From assembly GCA_041640635.1 (NCBI GenBank), contig JBEPZX010000002.1, positions 61,855 to 125,854 on the forward strand: a stretch of DNA of 64,000 nt, written 5' to 3'. Source of the stretch: Aquificaceae bacterium. Its GTDB lineage: Bacteria; Aquificota; Aquificia; Aquificales; Aquificaceae. The position numbers were made by a program, and so were the translations under genes. Below the pieces are notes generated by a model that worked only from the letters and a program-made list of their open reading frames with translations, ran no database searches and had not been told where the DNA came from. How positions within the stretch are numbered: position 1 is the stretch's first letter; every line of letters starts with the position of its first letter. Positions 1 through 8,819 of this stretch are shown piece by piece.

Positions 1-2
1 TC

Positions 3-98
3 TATGTAAAACTCTTTAGCTACATAGGTCTTTTCCTTTCGGCGATGCTTTCCCTTTACGTGTCGAAAAGACTAAGAACTAGGAGGAGTCAGACATGA
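3..98 (+). CDS. 3' end of an upstream gene (partial, hydrophobic C-terminus), coupled to the next ORF
   Basis: Open frame [31 protein letters not shown]; its TGA overlaps the ATG at 95 (ATGA). Confidence 0.55.
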   Translation, partial: YVKLFSYIGLFLSAMLSLYVSKRLRTRRSQT

Positions 99-1081
99 AG
101 AAACAACTCACCTTAACTGGTATAGCTTTACTTCCCTATGTGTCCTTTGCTCACCACGGTGTTGCGGGTCTTGGCACCACAATATCCGACGGTCCAGGAA
201 GCGCCGTGGAAACATCTTCAGCCTTTACACTACCTCAAGGAAGGTTTTTTATAAGCTTAAAAAACGAGTACACCAAGTTTAGAAAATACAAAGGACTTGA
301 AGACCAAAAGGAAAGTTACAACTTCACCCATTTAAATATCGCTTACGGTATTAAGCCTTGGCTCACCGTTATGTTTTCCCAACCTTACGGTGTAAAAAAG
401 GCAGAGTACGGCACTTCAAGGGGGTTTATGGATCCTTCTATTAATCTAATACTTGGCTTTAAATACGATGAAGGCTTTAAACTGGTTCCCAAAAACGAGA
501 ACTTAGAAGACTACAGGGACTGGCATTTTGCGCTAAATTTAGGTGTTTTTCTACCAACAGGATCAACCAATAACAAGTACTGGGATAAAGAAGGCAACAA
601 AGTTAGCTTCGATCCCGATATGCAGCCAGGTTTTGGAAAACCAAGCTACCAAATGGGCATATCCGCAAGCAAGTGGTTAACAGAAAGATACACATTAAGC
701 GTTGAGACATCCATACAGGTCTTTAACGAAAAGAGATACAACGCAGACACTTCATACAAATATAAGTTTGGCAACGAACTCAGGTTTAACATGGCTCACG
801 TATACAAGATATATGGTAACGGAAATTACAGATTTGACGGGATACTCGAGTTTAACTTTTTGCGTTTAGGCAGAGATAAAGAAAACGGACGCTCCTTAGA
901 AGCTTCCGGCGGAAAGATACTCTACGTACAGCCAGCCGTGCGGGTATACTTGGGCAAGATGAGCGCCTTTGCCAGCCTAAAACTCCCCGCATGGAAGGAC
1001 CTAAACGAGGAAAGACACCAACAGGGTTCGGAAGGTAAAGAAAGCTATAGGATAAATGTAGGAGTAAGTTACCTCTTTTAG
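95..1081 (+). CDS. Outer-membrane beta-barrel transporter-like protein in the nickel uptake operon
   Basis: Signal peptide ending SFA, mature N-terminus HHGVAG, amphipathic beta strands, C-terminal ...[17 protein letters not shown]. Confidence 0.7.
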   Translation: MKKQLTLTGIALLPYVSFAHHGVAGLGTTISDGPGSAVETSSAFTLPQGRFFISLKNEYTKFRKYKGLEDQKESYNFTHLNIAYGIKPWLTVMFSQPYGVKKAEYGTSRGFMDPSINLILGFKYDEGFKLVPKNENLEDYRDWHFALNLGVFLPTGSTNNKYWDKEGNKVSFDPDMQPGFGKPSYQMGISASKWLTERYTLSVETSIQVFNEKRYNADTSYKYKFGNELRFNMAHVYKIYGNGNYRFDGILEFNFLRLGRDKENGRSLEASGGKILYVQPAVRVYLGKMSAFASLKLPAWKDLNEERHQQGSEGKESYRINVGVSYLF

Positions 1082-1091
1082 GAGGTGGAAG

Positions 1092-1508
1092 ATGGAAGAA
1101 AAACTGGAAAGGTTTAGTGTGTCCATTCCCGAAGAGCTTTTAAGCAGTCTTGACAAACTAGTGCTCAGCAAAGGCTACTCTTCTCGTTCCGAATTTATAA
1201 GGGACTTAATTAGGGAAAAGATCGTAGAAGAAAAATGGAGCTCCGATGCCGAAAAGGTGTTTGGCGTTTTGCTGCTTGTATACGACCATCACGTAAGAGG
1301 CGTCTCCGATAAACTTTTAGAGATACAGCATTCTCATTACTACAACGTGGTGTCAGCGCTCCATATACACCTAACCCACAACGACTGTTTGGAAGTTATC
1401 GTTATCAAAGGCAAAGCCAGTGAGATAGAGAAGCTATCGGGTAAGATGGAAGGCTTAAGAGGCGTCAAGTTTGCAAAACTTATAAAGACAGCACCACTGG
1501 AGGAATAG
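1092..1508 (+). CDS. nikR: Nickel-responsive regulator NikR
   Basis: N-terminal ribbon-helix-helix (RFSVSI...[12 protein letters not shown]), Ni site [11 protein letters not shown]. Confidence 0.95.
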   Translation: MEEKLERFSVSIPEELLSSLDKLVLSKGYSSRSEFIRDLIREKIVEEKWSSDAEKVFGVLLLVYDHHVRGVSDKLLEIQHSHYYNVVSALHIHLTHNDCLEVIVIKGKASEIEKLSGKMEGLRGVKFAKLIKTAPLEE

Positions 1509-1509
1509 T

Positions 1510-2109
1510 TTGCATATACCTGACGGCTTTATATCACCTTCTGTATACTTAACAGCTTACCTTGTGTCTGTTCCTCTTTGGGTAATTTCATTTGGTAGGT
1601 TCTTTAGAAGGTACGAAGAAAACTTCCACAGGGTGTTGCTCCTTTCCACCTTTAGCTTGGTAGTCCAAAATGTGATGATACCTCTACCTTGGTCAACATC
1701 CGCTCACGCTATAGGTACATACGTTATAGGTATGCTCTTTGGACCAATGACTTCCTTCGTATGCCAAACCATCATCTTGGTAGTTTCTCTGGTGATAAAA
1801 GGTGGCATTACCGTTTTACCTATCAACGCTCTAGCCTTGGGTTTCTTGGGGCCACTGGTTTCATACGTCTTATTTAAACAGCTTCCTGAATTTAAACTAA
1901 AACCTTTTATCTGCGCTTACGTTGGAGTAGCGGTTTCAGCTTTGGTGATAGGATTTTTCTTGAGCCTCCAGTACTATCTAGACCCCTTATACTTTTCCAT
2001 CCATCCCAAAATCAGCCTACCTGCTCTCCTTATCCCGCATCTTCTCCTTGTAGGTCCTGTGGAAGGTATATACACTGAGATGGTTATAAAGGTGTTGAGA
2101 AGGATATGA
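1510..2109 (+). CDS. cbiM: ECF nickel/cobalt transporter S component (NikM/CbiM)
   Basis: Diagnostic MHIPDG N-terminus (TTG start), TSAH motif, multiple TM helices. Confidence 0.9.
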   Translation: MHIPDGFISPSVYLTAYLVSVPLWVISFGRFFRRYEENFHRVLLLSTFSLVVQNVMIPLPWSTSAHAIGTYVIGMLFGPMTSFVCQTIILVVSLVIKGGITVLPINALALGFLGPLVSYVLFKQLPEFKLKPFICAYVGVAVSALVIGFFLSLQYYLDPLYFSIHPKISLPALLIPHLLLVGPVEGIYTEMVIKVLRRI

Positions 2110-2639
2110 TAAATAAAGATGCTATAAAGTTGCTAATACTGTTCATAGCTACGGTTGCGGTTTCTTTTTTAAAGGATGCCTTTGTTTTGTTGGCGATATT
2201 CTCCGTAGCGTTTGTTCTATCTATTCAATTGAAAACCTTGAGGTTTTTGCTGGCATCTCTTTGCTTTTCCTTAGTTTATCTTCTGATATTCTTTGTATCA
2301 TCAGATGCAGACGTAGGTTATGGCTTTGCCACAGCTCTCAGGACAGCTGTTTTGAGCTCTATGGGTTTTATAGCCTTTAAGTTCATAAACCTGCCTAAGG
2401 CTTTCTCATTTTCGAAGAAGCTTAGCTTTATGTTGGTTAGTGTATTGGTAAACCTTAGGAATGCTCTTGCTTTGAAAGAGGAGCTGGAAATGGCTTTCAG
2501 ATCCAGAGCTATTGAAGCCGTAAGTTGGAAGGAAGAACTAAGAAAGATCGATGTTTGGTTTAAAGTCATACTAACAAAGTTAGAGGTAGATTCTAAGGAG
2601 TCCAAGGATGGAATCAAATCAAGATGGATTGATATATGA
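2106..2639 (+). CDS. ECF transporter T component (NikQ/CbiQ-like, short and divergent)
   Basis: TM N-terminus, AFRSR and IKSR coupling-helix-like Arg motifs, position between M and O components. Confidence 0.7.
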   Translation: MINKDAIKLLILFIATVAVSFLKDAFVLLAIFSVAFVLSIQLKTLRFLLASLCFSLVYLLIFFVSSDADVGYGFATALRTAVLSSMGFIAFKFINLPKAFSFSKKLSFMLVSVLVNLRNALALKEELEMAFRSRAIEAVSWKEELRKIDVWFKVILTKLEVDSKESKDGIKSRWIDI

Positions 2640-3360
2640 AGTAAGGGATTTATACGTGGAAGGAAGATTAGATAAGGTCTCTTTCCAAATCTCACGTAAT
2701 GAACGTCTCGTTCTGTTGGGTGTAAACGGCGCCGGAAAGAGCACGCTTCTTAAGGTTCTTGCTGGACTGCTCACCCAGTACACAGGGGACATCAAGTTCA
2801 AAGGGATCTCTTTAAAAAGCATACTGACTAACAAGGACCTGAGAAAAGAGTTTAGAAAATCCGTCTCCATAATGTTGCAGGAAGTTTCAGCTATGTTTTT
2901 CAATCCTACCGTTTACGACGAACTTGCCTTTTCACTGAGACAGCTCGGATACAAAGAAAAACGGATAAAAGAAAAAATTGATTATCTAGCGGAAAGGTTG
3001 GATATAAAAGATATCCTAAAAAAGGAACCTTACAACATAAGCGGAGGAGAGAAAAAGAAGGTGGCTTTTGCTTGCTGTGTAATACACAAGCCTGATGTGT
3101 TGCTTCTGGATGAACCTACTGCGAACATGGATCCAGAGGGAGTTAACATTATGATGGATATCCTTTCAGAAATGGAAGTAACTGTTGTAACTGCCACACA
3201 CGATATAAGTTTGATTAGCGACTTAGGAAACAAAGTTTTAATTCTTTCAAAGGATCACAAGGTAGTGTACTATGGTGAGTGTAACGAACATTTGCATGAA
3301 TTTTTAAAAGCAGCGAGTCTTTTGCACAAACATAGAGGTAAACTTTACCTGAACTTTTAG
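2608..3360 (+). CDS. cbiO: ECF transporter ATP-binding component (NikO/CbiO)
   Basis: Walker A GVNGAGKST, FFNPTVYDELAF, ISGGEKKK, LLLDEPTAN. Confidence 0.9.
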   Translation: MESNQDGLIYEVRDLYVEGRLDKVSFQISRNERLVLLGVNGAGKSTLLKVLAGLLTQYTGDIKFKGISLKSILTNKDLRKEFRKSVSIMLQEVSAMFFNPTVYDELAFSLRQLGYKEKRIKEKIDYLAERLDIKDILKKEPYNISGGEKKKVAFACCVIHKPDVLLLDEPTANMDPEGVNIMMDILSEMEVTVVTATHDISLISDLGNKVLILSKDHKVVYYGECNEHLHEFLKAASLLHKHRGKLYLNF

Positions 3361-3370
3361 TCTTCAATAC

Positions 3371-4852
<1,482 letters not shown>

Positions 4853-4863
4853 CTAAAAGTTTA

Positions 4864-5340
4864 TCATAACTTGATTTTACCTTCCTTTATCTCTCTTCTC
4901 AGTTGTCGTTGCAAATCCCTTTCCTTTAGCTCTTGTCTTCTGTCATACTTCTTTTTGCCTTTGACTAGAGCAATTTCCACCTTCAATTTGCCATCTTTAA
5001 AGTAAAGCTTCAGAGGTATTATAGAGTAACCTTTCTCTTGAGCTTTACCGTATATTCTGTAGATTTCCCTTTTGTGGAGCAAGAGTTTTCTCTTTCTAAG
5101 TGGGTCTGGAGGCTTTATAGTGGCATACTTGTAAGGGGCTATGTAGAGATTGTATAGCCAAGCTTCCCCGTTTTCTATCCTCACGAAACTGTCCTTGAAG
5201 GATACAGTTTGTTTGTTTCTTAAGGACTTAACTTCTGGTCCTTCTAATACTATGCCTGCTTCATAGGTTTCCAATATCTCATAATCCGCCTTTGCCTCTT
5301 TGTTATACGCTACCGTATAATTCCCTTTTTCCTTAGCCAT
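4864..5340 (-). CDS. smpB: SsrA-binding protein
   Basis: YEAGIVLEGPEVKSLR, RKLLLHKREI, KGKKKYDRR. Confidence 0.97.
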   Translation of the reverse strand: MAKEKGNYTVAYNKEAKADYEILETYEAGIVLEGPEVKSLRNKQTVSFKDSFVRIENGEAWLYNLYIAPYKYATIKPPDPLRKRKLLLHKREIYRIYGKAQEKGYSIIPLKLYFKDGKLKVEIALVKGKKKYDRRQELKERDLQRQLRREIKEGKIKL

Positions 5341-5381
5341 CTTATATAATTTAAGGCTACCCGCTATAAAATAGTTACTAT

Positions 5382-6230
5382 ATGTTGCCCGTTATTTACG
5401 GCTTTATAGTAGGGGTTGTCTTTTCTACAACAGGTGCGGGAGGTGCCATCCTTGCAGGTGTAGGTCATATATCCCTTTTTGGAATAAAGGATGCAAACGT
5501 TGTAAAGACATACAATCAAATTTTAGTTACTTTGTCGGGTTTGGTATCTTCACCTATCTACTTAAAACAAAGGAGAATTATCTTAATTCTCGCCTTGCTC
5601 TTAAGCGTTGGTTCTTTCTTAGGTTCATTGGCAGGTTCCCAGCTTTCATATAACCACCTCAGGGATATACAAAGTTATAAGGTTTTGTTTGGAATTTTAA
5701 CTTTAATTGTATCAACCAAACTAATCTACGATGCTTTGTCTAGCAACAAAAAGGGTAAGCAAAATTTAAACGATAAAGTGCAAGCAAAAATTCAGAAAAT
5801 GCGTTTGTATCTTACCTCAGGAAAGTTTTCCACAAGCTTCTATATAATTTCACCAATTGTAGCAGGCTTTATTATCTCTTTTGTTTCCTCAGCTTTAGGG
5901 ATAGGTGGAGGTTTTTTAATCCTACCTTATATGATATTTCTTCTAAAAATTCCAGCTTACTTTGTGCCAGGTACAGCAATAATAAGTGTACTTATATCAT
6001 CCTCAACGAGTTTTAGTAATTATATAAGGCTTGGGGTAAATGTGGATACATCCTTTTTAGCACTGGAAAGCTTAGGTATGCTAATTGGTTCTTTTGTCGG
6101 ACCATTCCTTTCAAAAAAGCTTGGTGAAAGAAACTTAAAGATAGCCATAGGACTCCTGCTCCTTTACATAGGGATAGGCTACACCTTAGGTGGTTGGATG
6201 AAGAGCACTTTTGGTATAAAAATCTTATAA
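5382..6230 (+). CDS. TauE/SafE family sulfite exporter
   Basis: Two repeats with GAGGA and GIGGG motifs, about 8 TM segments. Confidence 0.85.
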   Translation: MLPVIYGFIVGVVFSTTGAGGAILAGVGHISLFGIKDANVVKTYNQILVTLSGLVSSPIYLKQRRIILILALLLSVGSFLGSLAGSQLSYNHLRDIQSYKVLFGILTLIVSTKLIYDALSSNKKGKQNLNDKVQAKIQKMRLYLTSGKFSTSFYIISPIVAGFIISFVSSALGIGGGFLILPYMIFLLKIPAYFVPGTAIISVLISSSTSFSNYIRLGVNVDTSFLALESLGMLIGSFVGPFLSKKLGERNLKIAIGLLLLYIGIGYTLGGWMKSTFGIKIL

Positions 6231-6237
6231 TTATACT

Positions 6238-7338
6238 TTGGTGATTGACGTAAACGTAATCAGAGAAGCTCTATCGAGAAACAAAGCAAAGAGGGAAGAG
6301 CACAAGAATCTTGAGTTTATAAGGTTTACAGACGATTACAAGGATATCCCTAGAGGAACAGCCATATTCAAAGACTTTATAGTTTGGGGTTATCCTCACA
6401 TAGGACGTATATTCCAACTTTCTACCGGTATAAAAGAGCAGTTTGAAAAACCTTTTTGGGTTGAAGAAAAGGTCGATGGGTACAATGTGAGAGTATTTAG
6501 GTACAAGGATGACGTTTACGCCTTAACACGTGGCGGGTTTATATGCAACTTTACAACGGATAGACTGCAAGACTTTATAGACCTTAAGTTCTTTGAGGAT
6601 AATCCAGATCTCGTTTTATGCATGGAAGTAGCAGGTCCCGAAAATCCGTATGTAGAGGAGAGCCCAGAGTATATAAAGGAGGATATAAGGTTCTTTTTAT
6701 TTGACATAATGAAAAAAGGAGAAAGGAAGTTTTTACCTTATAGGGAAAAGGTTGAACTTATAAACAAGTATGGACTGCCATCCGTTAAACAGTATGGGCT
6801 TTTTGGTGTTAGCGATGACAAAAAACTCAAGGAACTTTTGAAAAAGCTGAACGAAGAAAGAAGAGAAGGTGTAGTTTTAAAGGAGGATTCGGAAAGGGAC
6901 AAACGGGTGAAGTACATAACATTATGGGCAAACCTTAACGATATAAAAGTGACATCTTTAAATATCCTAGGTGTTCCGGCGGATTACTATATCAATAGGT
7001 TGCTAAGGTTAGCTTTATTTATAGATGAGGAAAGAATACAGGTAAACAAAGCACTATATGGAGATTTAGGGAAGGCTTTTTTAGATGGCTTATTGCAAGC
7101 ATGCGAGATGGCAAAGAAAGAATATAAGGTTTACAGAACCTTTAGATGTAGATTTAGGAAAAAAGAAAATGCTCTTATGTTCTTAGAACAAATAAAATAC
7201 GCATCATCCCATATTCAAATTATACAAAGACAGCTTGTACAGGAAGTAGATTACTATATTTTAGAGTTTGATAAAGTCTACTCAAATATGACGGGAATGC
7301 TCGGTCATGTACTCAAAGGTGGATCTGTGTTTGATTGA
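6238..7338 (+). CDS. ATP-dependent RNA ligase, archaeal-type Rnl3 (Pab1020-like) family
   Basis: GYPHIGRI, motif I EEKVDGYNVR, TRGGFIC, EVAGPENPY, FFLFDI, REGVVLK, RVKY, C-terminal dimerisation region. Confidence 0.9.
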   Translation: MVIDVNVIREALSRNKAKREEHKNLEFIRFTDDYKDIPRGTAIFKDFIVWGYPHIGRIFQLSTGIKEQFEKPFWVEEKVDGYNVRVFRYKDDVYALTRGGFICNFTTDRLQDFIDLKFFEDNPDLVLCMEVAGPENPYVEESPEYIKEDIRFFLFDIMKKGERKFLPYREKVELINKYGLPSVKQYGLFGVSDDKKLKELLKKLNEERREGVVLKEDSERDKRVKYITLWANLNDIKVTSLNILGVPADYYINRLLRLALFIDEERIQVNKALYGDLGKAFLDGLLQACEMAKKEYKVYRTFRCRFRKKENALMFLEQIKYASSHIQIIQRQLVQEVDYYILEFDKVYSNMTGMLGHVLKGGSVFD

Positions 7339-7368
7339 AAACGTTTACTATATTAAAATAAACATCCC

Positions 7369-7396
7369 TTGACAAAATTTTTTTTCGATATAAAAT
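7369..7396 (+). promoter_or_regulatory. Sigma70-type promoter
   Basis: TTGACA (7369-7374), 16-nt spacer, TAAAAT (7391-7396), AT-rich upstream. Confidence 0.7.
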
Positions 7397-7402
7397 TTAT
7401 AG

Positions 7403-7498
7403 TATAAAAAAAAGGTAAAGTTAGGAATAGGGAGCTTACAAACTCCCTCCCCCTCCCTCCCCTAATTTGTTTGCCCTACCGCCCGGTAGGGCCTTTCT
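7403..7498 (+). ncRNA. Candidate small RNA of about 95 nt with a C-rich tract
   Basis: Bounded by a near-consensus promoter and a GC hairpin; internal stems AAGTTAGG/CCTAATTT and AGGGAG/CTCCCT; no credible ORF. Confidence 0.5.
7473..7498 (+). terminator. Probable intrinsic terminator
   Basis: GCCCTACC-gccc-GGTAGGGC perfect 8-bp stem followed by CTTTCT (weak U tract). Confidence 0.6.
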
Positions 7499-7502
7499 AA
7501 AA

Positions 7503-8141
7503 ATGAAGTTTCCATATCTCATAGAAGCTACCTTTCTAGAAAGGTTAAATAGATTTGTTGGCAAAGTATATATAGACGGTAGCGAAGAAAGAGCCTACAT
7601 AAGAAACACAGGTAGACTCGAAGAACTGCTGTTTAGAGGAAATACCGTCTATGTGAAAGAAAAACCCAATGGTTTATACAGATACGAAATCCTTCTTGCT
7701 AAAGCAAAAGAGATCCTTGTTTGTATAGATTCCCATATCGCTAGTAAACTGTACGCAGAATACATAAAAGGTGACTTAACCTTTGAACCAAGATTTGGCA
7801 AACACAGGTTTGACCTTCTATATGGAAACACAGTTATAGAGGTAAAATCGGTTAACCTTGTAAAGAACAAGGTAGCTTTGTTTCCAGATGCCCCTACAAA
7901 GAGAGGTAAAGAGCATCTGATCCACTTGATGGAATTAGCACAAATGGGTTACTTACCTCAAGTTGTATTTGTTGTTCAAAGAGAAGACGCTTATGCTTTT
8001 TCTCCTAATTGGCAGACAGATGAAAACTTTTCCAAAGCTCTAAAGGAATTTATCTCTAGAGGATACATAGCAAAGGCATACAAGTGCGTTGTGAAACTAA
8101 AAGAAATAACTTTAAAAGAAGAAATACCAATAGATATTTAG
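7503..8141 (+). CDS. sfsA: SfsA family DNA/RNA nuclease (sugar fermentation stimulation protein)
   Basis: RLNRF, NTGRLEEL, RFDL, EVKSVNL, FPDAPTKRGKEHL; ATG at 7503 preferred because the TTG at 7467 runs through the hairpin. Confidence 0.92.
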   Translation: MKFPYLIEATFLERLNRFVGKVYIDGSEERAYIRNTGRLEELLFRGNTVYVKEKPNGLYRYEILLAKAKEILVCIDSHIASKLYAEYIKGDLTFEPRFGKHRFDLLYGNTVIEVKSVNLVKNKVALFPDAPTKRGKEHLIHLMELAQMGYLPQVVFVVQREDAYAFSPNWQTDENFSKALKEFISRGYIAKAYKCVVKLKEITLKEEIPIDI

Positions 8142-8152
8142 GAGGTTAGTAG

Positions 8153-8743
8153 ATGAATATAGCTTTGTCACATATGGATGCTTTAATAGTAGTTGATATG
8201 CAGATGGACTTTATGCCAGGTGGTGCTTTGCCTGTTCCAGATGGTGACAAGATAGTGGATAGAGTGAATGAATACGTGAAAAGATTTTCGAAAATTGGTC
8301 TTCCTGTGTTTTTCACACGTGATTGGCATCCTAAGGATCATATATCCTTCAAAGACTACGGAGGACCTTGGCCACCTCACTGTGTTCAAGATACGGAAGG
8401 AGCCATGTTTCATTCCGATTTGTACATACCTTCAGATAACAAGTTTATTATTTCAAAAGGTACAAGCAAAGATTTCGATGCATACTCTGGATTTCAAGGT
8501 ACAGTTTTAGATGATCTCTTAAGGGAAAGAGGAGTAAGAAGGATATTCGTGTGCGGTGTAGCTACAGACTATTGTGTTAAAAATACGGTAATCGGTGGAA
8601 TCAACCTTGGATACCAAACATTCCTTTTATTGGATGCCATAAAGGGTGTAGACGTAAACAAAGGTGATTCAGAAAAAGCAATAAGAGAAATGATGAGCAA
8701 AGGAGCTGTATGCTTAAATTTTGATGATTTAGAAAGTTTCTGA
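8153..8743 (+). CDS. pncA: Nicotinamidase/pyrazinamidase
   Basis: VVDMQMDF, TRDWHP, WPPHCVQ, GVATDYCV. Confidence 0.93.
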   Translation: MNIALSHMDALIVVDMQMDFMPGGALPVPDGDKIVDRVNEYVKRFSKIGLPVFFTRDWHPKDHISFKDYGGPWPPHCVQDTEGAMFHSDLYIPSDNKFIISKGTSKDFDAYSGFQGTVLDDLLRERGVRRIFVCGVATDYCVKNTVIGGINLGYQTFLLLDAIKGVDVNKGDSEKAIREMMSKGAVCLNFDDLESF

Positions 8744-8819
8744 TAAAAGACAGTATCTTTGCATACGTTACCTTTCTATTTGGCTTGGGAATTTTAATTG
8801 TTACCTTACATAGAAAAAT

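Noticed and set aside
7467..7502. ORF-track N-terminal extension of sfsA (MFALPPGRAFLK)
   Set aside because: It runs through the GC hairpin; SfsA-like sequence begins at ATG 7503
8744..8819. Hydrophobic-looking frame and repeated GTTACCTT between pncA and smc
   Set aside because: No start codon or SD after the upstream in-frame stop; two 8-mers are too little to call a repeat element
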